Source: Eledone cirrhosa (taxonomy: Eukaryota). From it: DNA of 64,000 bases. The notes below the pieces were generated by a model. It saw only the letters and a program-made list of their open reading frames with translations. It was not told the DNA's origin and searched no databases. This document shows positions 38,106 to 47,687 of this stretch, one piece after another. Where the stretch lies: the NCBI GenBank assembly GCA_964016885.1, contig OZ024760.1:32488001-32552000 (forward strand), written 5' to 3'. Position numbers and translations under genes: made by a program. Each line of letters begins with the position of its first letter. The stretch's first letter is position 1.

Positions 38106-40382
38106 CTATTGGGGTGATAACCCGTTTAGTTTTGGTTTAAATTTGTTAAGGAATAGATTTTCTTTGTTTATTCTTTGTTGTTGTGTGAACGAATCTGAGC
38201 ACTTGTAGAAGGGGAAGATTTTAAAGTTGGGTAGTGTCATTCCTGCGCAGTTCGCAATATGGCTGCTCAAGGGGATTTTTCTTGTGTTAGCGTCCCGGAT
38301 TTGTTGGCGGTGGATGGTCATTCTTTTGCGTAATGAGGTGCCCGTCTGTCCTATGTAGTTGTGTTTGCACCCACCGCAAGTTATTGCGTAAATCAAGTTC
38401 TCCGAGTTGCAGGTGAAATTGTTTTTTACTGTAAATGTTTGGCCATCTTTGAATGTAAATGTTTGTCCTTCAGTGAGGTAGAGGCACGTTCCACAGTTTG
38501 TTCTACCACATTTGGTAACTGTAGGGTTGAGGATTGGTTTGGGTATATTTGGTCCAGTGAGAATGCGTTTAAGTGATTTGGGTTGTCTTTTACTTTTAAG
38601 GATCTTGTGTGTTTCAAGAATAGACTTCATTTTTACATCTTTAAGTAGGATGGGGAGGTTTTTGTGTAGGTGATCAAACATTTCGGTATTTCTGGGGTTG
38701 AAAGTGGATACATATGGCAGGGTGTTGAGTGTGGTTTTCTGTTTTGGATTGTTAAGTTGATGGGGATTTAGGTGTTTTGCCCTGTCTATTCCATTGTTGA
38801 TTATTTCAAGTGGAAAGGCTCTTAAGATAAGGGTGTCTTTTAGTTCCTTTAGTCTTTGCTCCCGTTTAGGTGGATCTGATACTATGGTACATATACGTTT
38901 GGCCAAATTGTAAGGAATGTTAAGTTTTGTATGTTTTGGGTGACTTGATGTGAAAAAGAGGTATTGCTTGGAATCTGTGGGTTTATAGAATATATCTGTA
39001 TCTAATTTCCCGTCTATTACAGAGATGAGAATATCCAAGAAGGCTAATTCCTTGGGATTGGATTCCATTGTGAATTGTATGTTATTATCTATGTTGTTTA
39101 TCATGTTTTTAAACGTAGTAAGTGAGTTCATGTCTTCTTGCCATAGGATAAAGCAGTCGTCTAGATATCTTTTCCAATTGGCTTTGAGGTGTGTGTGGAA
39201 AGAGTCTCCAAATAAGAGAAGGGACTGACTGTATATTTGTTGTTCATGGAATCCCATGACTAGGTTGGCATATGTGGGTGCTACTTTCGTGCCCATTGCC
39301 GTACCTGATACTTGTCTGTATGTTGAACCATTGAATGTGAAGTAGTTATTTTGTAGGATAAAGCGGAGTCCGTCAGTGATAAAATCTGTGTTGATGCGTG
39401 TCGGTATTTCTGATGGGTGTGTGTTAAGCCAGTATTGGACTGCTGTTATTCCATAGTTGTGAGGTATGTTTGTGTAGAGGTTTATTACGTCAAAGGAGAC
39501 AAGAATTGTATTTGCACTTACTGTTTTAGGGAGGTGTTTCAGCATGTCAAGGTCATCTCGTATGTAGCTCTGTATATGTTGTAGAAAGGGTTTCAGTAGG
39601 ATGTCCAGAAAGTTGCTAAGTCTGTGGGTTTCACATGTAGGGCCTGCTATAATTGGCCTGAGTTTTAGGTCTTCTGGTGGTGTTAGTTCAATGTAATTGT
39701 TGGTTGAGGTGTCACATGCATCGTTTATGGGTTTACATTTGTGAAGTTTCGGTAACCCGTAAAAAGAGCTTGTATTGCATTTGAAGTGGCTTATATAGTT
39801 AAACTCTTTTGTGGTTAAGCTGTTGCGGTATTTATTCAGTAAGGTCAAAAGGTTCCCCATTGTTTTGGTGTGTTTGTAGTTTTCTGTTTTTTCATAGTAT
39901 GTGTTGTTTTCTAAAATGTTAAGTGCGAGGGTCCTATAGTAGTCCGTATTCATAATCACAACAGTACTGCCTTTATCGGCTTCTTTGATAGTTATCTCAG
40001 GGTTGTTTCTAAGTGTGAATAATTCTTCCCATTCGTGTGTAGATAGGTTTGATTTCGTGTGTTTATTTGTAATTTTTTCATAGGGAAAGTTGGTGATGTG
40101 TTCGCAGTACGTGTCCAGTGCTTTATTTCTTCCCTTTTGTGGGCAGAAATTGCTTTTATTTCTAACCAGTGATTCGTCTTCAGTGTTGGTGTCGTTGTGG
40201 AAGAATTCCGTTAGTCGCAGCTTTCGGCAGTATTCCATGATATCATCCTTCATTTCGGGGAAGTTTGGTTTACGTGGTGTAGGTGTAAATTTCAGGCCCT
40301 TACTTAAAATGTTGATTTGTGTGTTGGTTAGAGGTGTCTTTGAGAGGTTGATTATTTTTGGTTTCTCCTGAGGGGGGGCCAT
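38106..40382 (-). CDS. PLE polyprotein: reverse transcriptase + GIY-YIG endonuclease (758 aa, uninterrupted)
   Basis: INLS..LSKGLKFTPTP; FYGLPKLHK; LRPII; FDVINLYTNIP; GTAMGT..AP.YANL; RYLDD; FLDI; CGRTNCGTC linker; LIYAITC..C..NYIGQTG..LRKRM..H. Confidence 0.95.
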   Translation of the reverse strand: MAPPQEKPKIINLSKTPLTNTQINILSKGLKFTPTPRKPNFPEMKDDIMEYCRKLRLTEFFHNDTNTEDESLVRNKSNFCPQKGRNKALDTYCEHITNFPYEKITNKHTKSNLSTHEWEELFTLRNNPEITIKEADKGSTVVIMNTDYYRTLALNILENNTYYEKTENYKHTKTMGNLLTLLNKYRNSLTTKEFNYISHFKCNTSSFYGLPKLHKCKPINDACDTSTNNYIELTPPEDLKLRPIIAGPTCETHRLSNFLDILLKPFLQHIQSYIRDDLDMLKHLPKTVSANTILVSFDVINLYTNIPHNYGITAVQYWLNTHPSEIPTRINTDFITDGLRFILQNNYFTFNGSTYRQVSGTAMGTKVAPTYANLVMGFHEQQIYSQSLLLFGDSFHTHLKANWKRYLDDCFILWQEDMNSLTTFKNMINNIDNNIQFTMESNPKELAFLDILISVIDGKLDTDIFYKPTDSKQYLFFTSSHPKHTKLNIPYNLAKRICTIVSDPPKREQRLKELKDTLILRAFPLEIINNGIDRAKHLNPHQLNNPKQKTTLNTLPYVSTFNPRNTEMFDHLHKNLPILLKDVKMKSILETHKILKSKRQPKSLKRILTGPNIPKPILNPTVTKCGRTNCGTCLYLTEGQTFTFKDGQTFTVKNNFTCNSENLIYAITCGGCKHNYIGQTGTSLRKRMTIHRQQIRDANTRKIPLSSHIANCAGMTLPNFKIFPFYKCSDSFTQQQRINKENLFLNKFKPKLNGLSPQ

Positions 40383-40518
40383 CGAGTATCCTGGTATTTC
40401 AGGCTTTTCCCTAAAAAAGGAATGTAGTTTTGTGTGTGATTATATTTTGTTGGTCTGTTGCGTGTGGGTCTGTGTGTATGTGTGTATGTATATGTATGTG
40501 TGTGTGTATGTATGTGTG

Positions 40519-40557
<39 letters not shown>

Positions 40558-40907
40558 GTATATGTATATGTATGTGTGGATGAAGGTATGTGTGTATATA
40601 TAGGTGTAAGTGCACTAAATCCTTTTCTATCACGCTCCACTCTCCTACCCATCACAGGAAGATATGTGTGTGTATATTGCTTCCACCCCCTCACTGACCA
40701 GCAGCTGGCGATTGCTAAATCTGACCTTTATAAAATAACCCACACCCCAAATAACTTCTCATTCACTACCAGAAAGGGACACAGCAGTCAACCTGTTGTT
40801 GCTACCTAGATGAAAACTGCTATGAAATCCCACAATGAATTTTATACTTGAATTTTCAAGTCTCAAATTTTAACTCTTCGTATTATTAATTTTTCTTAAT
40901 ATTAATC

Positions 40908-40955
40908 AACATTTGAAAAGATGGCTTTTGCAGACCCATCGAAACCGGTCATTTT
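40908..40955 (+). ncRNA. Minimal PLE hammerhead (U3-A8 variant), inverted 5' pLTR copy
   Basis: Same sequence as 36816-36863 in opposite orientation. Confidence 0.7.
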
Positions 40956-41161
40956 TTATACCCTTTATTATTTCCTTACCTTATAAAATTATGTTTTTTC
41001 ACAAAAAAGTATTCTGTCTCTTATATATTCCATGTGCCATTACCAACCTCAATTTTCTCTATATATATATATATATATATTTTATAGTTGAGACAGAAAA
41101 CAAAAAAACGTGGAAGCGAAGAGGCAGTACAAATGTTAGTATTAGTTTCACGCTTGAGAGT

Positions 41162-41201
41162 GGGGGACGACGTTTCGGGCTTAAGCCCTTCATCAGGAGA
41201 A
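41162..41201 (-). ncRNA. Hammerhead-like core, probably degenerate
   Basis: Reverse complement: CTGATGA-a-gggc ttaa gccc-GAAA-cgtcg-TC; stem I does not pair. Confidence 0.45.
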
Positions 41202-41341
41202 AAGTGGGCAGGAAAAGAGTTGTGAGGGGGGGGGGGGGGGGTGTGAAAAGACATTAAAAAAGGGGGGGGGGGGAATATATATATATATATAGAGAGAGAA
41301 CAACTACAACAGTAACATCTGATATTTTGTGTAAATTTCAG

Positions 41342-41462
41342 CCTTGACTGAAATACCTCCAGCAACCTCCTCAGGCGACAGTAAACCAGACTTTTGTTTT
41401 ACTCCAAGTAGAGGATCCCTTTTTAAGAACTCAACCCCGTCTAATGAACAGCCTTGGTGCAA
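41342..41462 (+). CDS. SSX2IP: SSX2IP coding exon 12
   Basis: ttcAG|..LTEIPPATSSGDSKPDFCFTPSRG...PWC AA|GTAAGT; phases 1/2 bridge exons 11 and 13. Confidence 0.75.
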
Positions 41463-41555
41463 GTAAGTAAACCTTCTTAACCTTTCCTTCTGTTGAAGGG
41501 TCTAGACCCCTAAACTTTAGAAATGTCTTCTCACTTCCCAATTAATATTATTTTA

Positions 41556-41752
41556 GGGCGGTGGATTGGCAGAATCGGTAGAGCATCAGACTATATGCTT
41601 TGAGTTCAAATTCTGCCAACATTAGCTTTGCTTTTCATCCTTATGGGAGTTGATAAAATATGATACCAGTCACACACTGGAGTCGATTTAATCGACTTTC
41701 CCCCTCCCCCCTTCAAACATTTGCTGACCTTGAGCCTAAATCAGAAACCATT
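41556..41752 (+). mobile_element. tRNA-derived Nin-like SINE
   Basis: Similar to 32053-32242. Confidence 0.8.
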
Positions 41753-42076
41753 TTATTTTCATAACTTTATAGTTTTTCATCTTTTCTCACACTGTTCCTC
41801 CCCCGACTCCTCAAATATGCTGTCCCTCCCTTCCCCCTGACCCATCTGAGAAGTCAGTAGCCCTGTTTGATGGTGATATTGCTCTCAGCCCATCTGAGAG
41901 GTTTGTAGCCCCACTTGAGTACTCACTTCAGCTGGGTGCCCTACCTATTACAAACCACTTTACAGAGTGGACTTGATGTATTTATTATGTAGATTATGTA
42001 ATTTGGGGAAAAACTAAATTTCCTCAGCCAAATTCTTGAAATTTACTTCCATTATTTCATTTCCTTGTTTCAACAG

Positions 42077-42650
42077 GAACTTGGCATCAGGAGATGCCGG
42101 CCATGTGAGAAAACCCCAGAGGAATTCTTTACTTGATTGTTCAAGTGTCACTTCAGATAACTCCCCATTCAGCCGAGTTGAATCTCAGTCGACATTGAAC
42201 CAGGGTTTGTTAAGAAGATCTGATCCAGTAAGGACCCCACCAAGACACCGCCCGACAAGCCTTTCATCCTCAAACAGTGATTCAAACCACTTGCCATGCA
42301 GCTCTACATCAGCTCCATCAGGGCTCAACTCTGAGCACACTGCTAAAGATAACCCTTCCATAGATATTTTCGAGAGCTTGAACTCTGATAAGGTCCTATC
42401 AACAAAAGTTTTTCGGAACAAGTTTTTACAGCAGCGAAGGCAGTCGGATCCGGTTTGTTCGATGTCCAAAACGGAAGCCAGCAACATGATCACTCCATCC
42501 TTACGCAGTCGTGGAAATCTCTCCAGTAAAACACACTTCATCAGTCTGAACTCTCTAGATGAGTCACTTTGTTTGAAAGATCAACTTGATCCCCAGTTTA
42601 GGCCAGAGAGAAACTCTTTACACAATACTAATGGTCCTTATGACTTTTAA
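42077..42650 (+). CDS. SSX2IP: SSX2IP terminal coding exon 13 (Ser-rich tail)
   Basis: caacAG|g NLASGDAG...NGPYDF*; phase fits; followed by AT-rich UTR with AATAAA at 42931. Confidence 0.8.
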
Positions 42651-42930
42651 AGGTCTTCTGCTGTGATCATCATCATCATCATCATCATCTTCATCAAATA
42701 TTTTATTTGTGTTTGTTGAAAAATACTTCTATTTTCGTTCTATTTTGATTGTTTAAAGTTATATCAAAATTTCTGCTGTGATCACAAAATTGTAAATATT
42801 TATTTATGGAGAATTCTTGTTTGTTTTTTTTCTAGTTTTTAAGAAAATTGTTTTAATACCTTTCTTAAATTTCAATTTCTATTTTGTTTTTTAATTATTT
42901 AAAAAAAAAATTACTTTGTTCCATTTCTGA

Positions 42931-42936
42931 AATAAA
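42931..42936 (+). promoter_or_regulatory. Candidate polyadenylation signal
   Basis: AATAAA ~280 nt after the stop codon in a U-rich UTR. Confidence 0.5.
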
Positions 42937-43199
42937 CATTTTCTCTCACTCCCGTCCAAAACAGAAACTTTTGTAAATCATCTCTGTAAATAGTTCCAGG
43001 TTTTTATATCAAAGCTATTGGCTGTCTTAACTCTTTATTATGCATCTTCCCCTCTCCCGCATAATTTGAATTTTTATAAAACATTATATAAAACATATCT
43101 GTTGTTTTGTTGTTATTTGCTTCTCTCCTTCGTCACCCTCTTTCTTATACTATCACCCCAGATCCCCCAAAACACCTATACTCCTTCCCACATATCCAT

Positions 43200-44610
43200 T
43201 TAAATATATCCTCCCATCACAAAAACTTCATCTTCTTCTCTATTGCACTTGTCTTTCTCCGTGACCTTCTCACCTGCCTGTGGGTCACACCACAAGGGTT
43301 TTGACCCTCTCACCTGCCTAGCATAGACTTTACCAGTAAGGCTTAACAAAGAGATCCCTCTGTAATTGTAACAGTCTCTCTTGTTTCCCTTTTTGAAAAT
43401 TGGGATTATCCTTCCCAATTACCATTGCTTAGGTGCCTTTCCAGAGATCCAGGCCACCCAGCACACATGAGTCAGCCAGAGAATACCTTCTCCATTTAAA
43501 GCTTTTAACATCTTGGGCCAGAGATCATCTTCCCCAACGGTCTTGCCACATTTAATCTCTTCAACTGCTCTTGTAACCTCAGCCTCCAAGAGATTAGTCA
43601 CTGCTCCCAAATACATCTCATGTACATCAGAAGATGCTGTTGTGTTTGGGTTTAGATCAACAAAGTATTCTCTGCACCTCTCTGAAGAGAAGATAACCCT
43701 AGACGCATTCTTGATAGCAGGTGTGGAGGAAGGCTTATTACAAAGTCTGCGGATGGTCTGCCAGAACACTTTATTTGCTGATCTGAAGTTGGATTCCAGC
43801 TTCACCCCAAAGTCCTCCCCTGTCTTAACTTTGGACGCTTTTACTGTCTACGTTGTGATTCTTCGTGCCTGCTAGTACCACAAGTGCAAGAAGGAGGATT
43901 TATTTCCAAGCCTCCTTCTTTGCTCGGATGTCATCTTTGACCTCTCGATTGAACCAAGGTGTTCTACCATTCGGCGCCACACCAAACCTCTTTTGCTTGC
44001 AGCATTTAACAGCTGAAGCAGAAACTGCTGTGCTGAACAATCTCCATTTTGTCTCAAGATCCTCAATTTACTCAGGGAATTATTTGAATTTGGATACAAT
44101 AGTATCTACATACCTGGTCCTCTCTTCCTTATCCACCAGTACTTTCCACTTTATCCTGTAGGTCACCCTAGACCTGCCAGTTTTGTGGTCTTCTTTGTCT
44201 TTAGGTAGTCTCAAGTTGTATATAGATGGTGATTAGTTTTCAGCTCAGCTCCTCAGTTAACACAAACGTCCAGCACAGAATCGAAGAGATCAGAGACAAT
44301 AACAAAATCAATTATTGATCTCTGTCCCTGATTCCCCTTATACCATGTATATTTAAGTATATTCATAAGAGATTCCTTTGCTAGAACAGAAGTTTAATAA
44401 GGCCTCTCCATTGAGATGGGGGTCACCATTCCTTCCATATCAGGTGGTCAGTGCCAACATTGAAGTCTCCCAATAGGATATATGACTCGGTCTTAACTAC
44501 ATCTAACTCTGCAGTGACTTCAAGGGAGGACCTGTATTCGGACTCCTTTGGTGCATAGGCTGAAAGATAGGTCTCTGTGGATGGTCTAAGCTTCAAGAGA
44601 CAAACCGTCC
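43200..44610 (-). mobile_element. Decayed RTE LINE fragment (APE to RT N-terminus)
   Basis: IIPIFKKGNKRDCYNYRGISLLSLTGKVYA; GKTVGEDDL..MLKAL; YAPK/DHHL-like remnants near 44220-44570. Confidence 0.8.
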
Positions 44611-45499
44611 CTCCTAAGGGGTTCTATATTTACATTTACACACACACATATATTATATATTAAATGAGAAAAAACTTTAATTACTAATTAACCTTTAATT
44701 AATATATATGTGTATGTATATCGAGTATTCCACGACATGATACATCTGCTGTCATGTACGAACACAAACCAGTTGTTGATCTCAAAATTCAAATTTACAT
44801 CAGTTATTTCCCCTTGTTTTATTTCTAAATATGCGTTCTTAGCAAAATTTGTTTTTTCTTGGATCGAGCAGCGCCGGGCGACCTCCGCCACATGAGACCA
44901 GCCCAGTCTCTACCCTGTCAACGCCCACCCACCTCTATCCTCCGTAGGTGTCCAGTCCTGTCTCCCCAAAAGAAATGGGACGTAATCCTTTACAACTTGA
45001 TTTCAGACGAGCTGGAGCGCCGGCTCGACCAGCACCGTCTTGTATGTCCCCCCCCCCCCCATATATAAATATTGTTATACTTGGGGAGGGTCATATTATT
45101 GTAATAATATTGCCAGAAATAATAACAGAACACACTGTTTGGTTGGTTTTCGCATCTATATCTTTTATATCTCCATTGTTAATTTATTTGGCAATCAATG
45201 TTCATCATTGACTGACCAACGTATTTCCTGGTGTCAAAGACGCTACTGTTTCCCTAAAATAAGTCTCAGAAATTTACCCTGTGTCCTGGAGGTCGAAGGT
45301 TGTTTATTATTTTTTTTTTTATTTTTGGCTATCAAAATTAGGGTGGGACCTCGAGGACGAAACGTCTTTGGCGCCGGGAAATACCTATATATATATATAT
45401 ATATATATATACCGTAAGTTATTCAGGGTGGAATCGGAGGTAACCACAGAAAGTAAGGTACTCAATACATAGCAGAGTATAAAAGTTTTAATATAGAAG

Positions 45500-45550
45500 A
45501 GATTCTACAGGACTAGAACTGTTTCATTCGTGAGAAATCATCAGGAATCT
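45500..45550 (-). ncRNA. Type I hammerhead ribozyme
   Basis: Reverse complement: agattc-CTGATGA-tttc tcac gaat-GAAA-cag ttctagtc ctg-TA-gaatct; perfect 6-bp stem I. Confidence 0.75.
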
Positions 45551-46077
45551 GACTGTCCAAGTAAATATGGTGATATTTATATCTTTTCTGGTGGTAGGAG
45601 AGGGTGGAGAGTGGGATGGGTGGAGGTCATTGGTTGAAAGAAAAGGGAATTCATTAAAAGCTAATTCTTTAAGTCTATAGTTTATATTTAGAGTGACAAA
45701 GGCAGAAAGGATTCTATAAACAAGTTCAGATTGGGGTGCCACTCCTTATTTTTAAGTTTCTCTTAAGCTAACAATGCCTATATTTCAGTTGTCTATAAGA
45801 TGGTTGGGCGTCGGTCATGGTTGATGGATTGAAAGAAAGGGGAATTCTTTAAAAGCTAATTCTTTAAAGCCTTACTTAGAGTGACAAAGGCAGAAAGAAT
45901 TCTATAAACAAGTTCAAATTATAGGTGCCTCTCCTTATAGCCAAGTTTCTCTTAAGCTTTATTTCAGGTGTCTACAAGCGCGCGCACACACACACATATA
46001 TTTACATATATATATATATATATATATACATACATGCACGCACACACCCACATACATACATATATATATATATTATA

Positions 46078-46200
46078 ATAATTGTTTCTACTTTTGGCAC
46101 AAGGCCAGCAATTACCCAGTGCATTACTGGTACTTTATTTTATTGACCCCGTAAGGATGAAAGGCAAAGTTGACCTCGGTGGGATTTGAACTCAGAAGGG
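46078..46200 (-). mobile_element. Nin-like SINE 3' part
   Basis: Reverse complement of the 32053 family. Confidence 0.8.
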
Positions 46201-46359
46201 AAAGGGCCATAATTATATATAATAATAATAATGATACTATAGTTATGTATATACTATAAACAACTATAAACAGGAAAGGTCAGTAATTTATTTCTACCTT
46301 ATTACCAGTAACAGAAATAGCTCAATGTAAGAACAGCAGGTGTTTTACAGAGTAGGAAT

Positions 46360-46572
46360 ATAAATTACACAATTATCAAAGTTATGTTCAAATCATTTAA
46401 TAGCTGACAATCGTTTCTTCCAAACTTTCGTTTGGAGTCATTGGAGCATTATCAATGTTTGTACATGTAATTAACCTCCTTTTTGATAATGCTCCGATGA
46501 CTCCAAACGAAAGTTTGGAAGAAACAATTGTCAGCTATCAAATGATTTGAACATAACTTTGATAATTGTGTA

Positions 46573-46578
<6 letters not shown>
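46360..46578. mobile_element. ~96-bp-arm palindrome made of two opposed hammerhead-like units
   Basis: Arms 46360-46455 / 46483-46578; right arm gct-CCGATGA-ctccaaac gaaa gtttggaa-GAAA-caattg-TC-agc; abuts (TA)n. Confidence 0.7.
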
Positions 46579-46604
<26 letters not shown>

Positions 46605-46752
46605 GTAGGAGGTGAGTTTTATTGTAGCACAATAAAGCAATGCAAATATCGGATAAGTAGCACTCAACAGTTTATTGGACTGGAGGATATATATAGTTCT
46701 TATATATATATATATATATACACACACACATACATACACTCATATATATATA

Positions 46753-47087
46753 TCATCATCATCATTTTACGTCCGCTTTTCCCTGCTTGCAAGGGTGGGA
46801 CGGGAACTGATTCTGGGTTGATTTCTACAGCTGGATGCTCTTCCTAACACCAACCTCATTTACAGTGAGTGCTGGGTGCTTTTTTGCCGTGGCACCTACA
46901 CGACCACTTTGCAGTGGAATGATAGGGACCCCAGTCCCTATCATCTCATTTCTACAGCTGAGTAAACTGGAGCAATGTGAAATAAAGTGTCTTGCTCAAG
47001 GAAACAACACATCACCCGGTCTGAAAATTGAACTCTCAGCCTTTCGATTTCAAGCCCAATGCTCTAACCACTAAGCCATGTGCCTCC
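46753..47087 (-). mobile_element. Full-length tRNA-SINE with RTE-derived tail
   Basis: Near-identical to 17713-18034. Confidence 0.85.
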
Positions 47088-47091
47088 ATAC

Positions 47092-47122
<31 letters not shown>

Positions 47123-47167
47123 TATAAACACACATCAATAGAAATTAGTTTTCAACTACAAAAACAA

Positions 47168-47354
47168 ATAATTGTTTCTACTTTAAGCACAAGGCCAGCA
47201 ATTACCCAGTGCATTAGTGGTACTTTATTTTAGCGACACTGTAAGGATGAAAAGCAAAGTTAACCTCGACGGGATTTGAACTCAGATCGTAAAGAGACGT
47301 AACTATGCTGGAAAGCATGGCGGCCGACCCTCTACCGATACTGCCAATCCACCG
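47168..47354 (-). mobile_element. Nin-like SINE
   Basis: Reverse complement of the 32053 family, including the head. Confidence 0.8.
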
Positions 47355-47687
47355 GTAGGTGAAGAAGTTATATAGCTAAAAAATACGAGATTTATTTACA
47401 ATAAACTGTACATATGGCTACAGACAGTTTTATAGAAATGTAGGAATCCTTTATATATACGTTTCTGTATAGAACAAGAAATATGTTGAAAAATAAAACC
47501 AAACACTGCTAACTATGTCATATTTTAATTTGTTTGATATAATTAGCAGGGTTTAGTTTATATTCAATGTGTGTATATATATAAATATATATAAGACCTG
47601 ACTTACCACAGACACATGCTGGTGCATATATACAGTATGCACCATCCCACCCTCACATGAGGACACCCAAGTATACATCCAGTGAAG

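Larger units (their letters stand above)
36676..41063 (-). mobile_element. Penelope-like retroelement (Neptune type) with inverted pseudo-LTRs, in SSX2IP intron 11
   Basis: Intact RT-GIY-YIG ORF; ~590-bp inverted repeats 36708-37300 / 40470-41063; flanked by (TA)n on both sides. Confidence 0.93.

Noticed and set aside
44860-45050. GC-rich island with PQKKWD peptide, possibly a CRE-like LINE remnant or promoter
   Set aside because: Too short and diverged to call without a database search.
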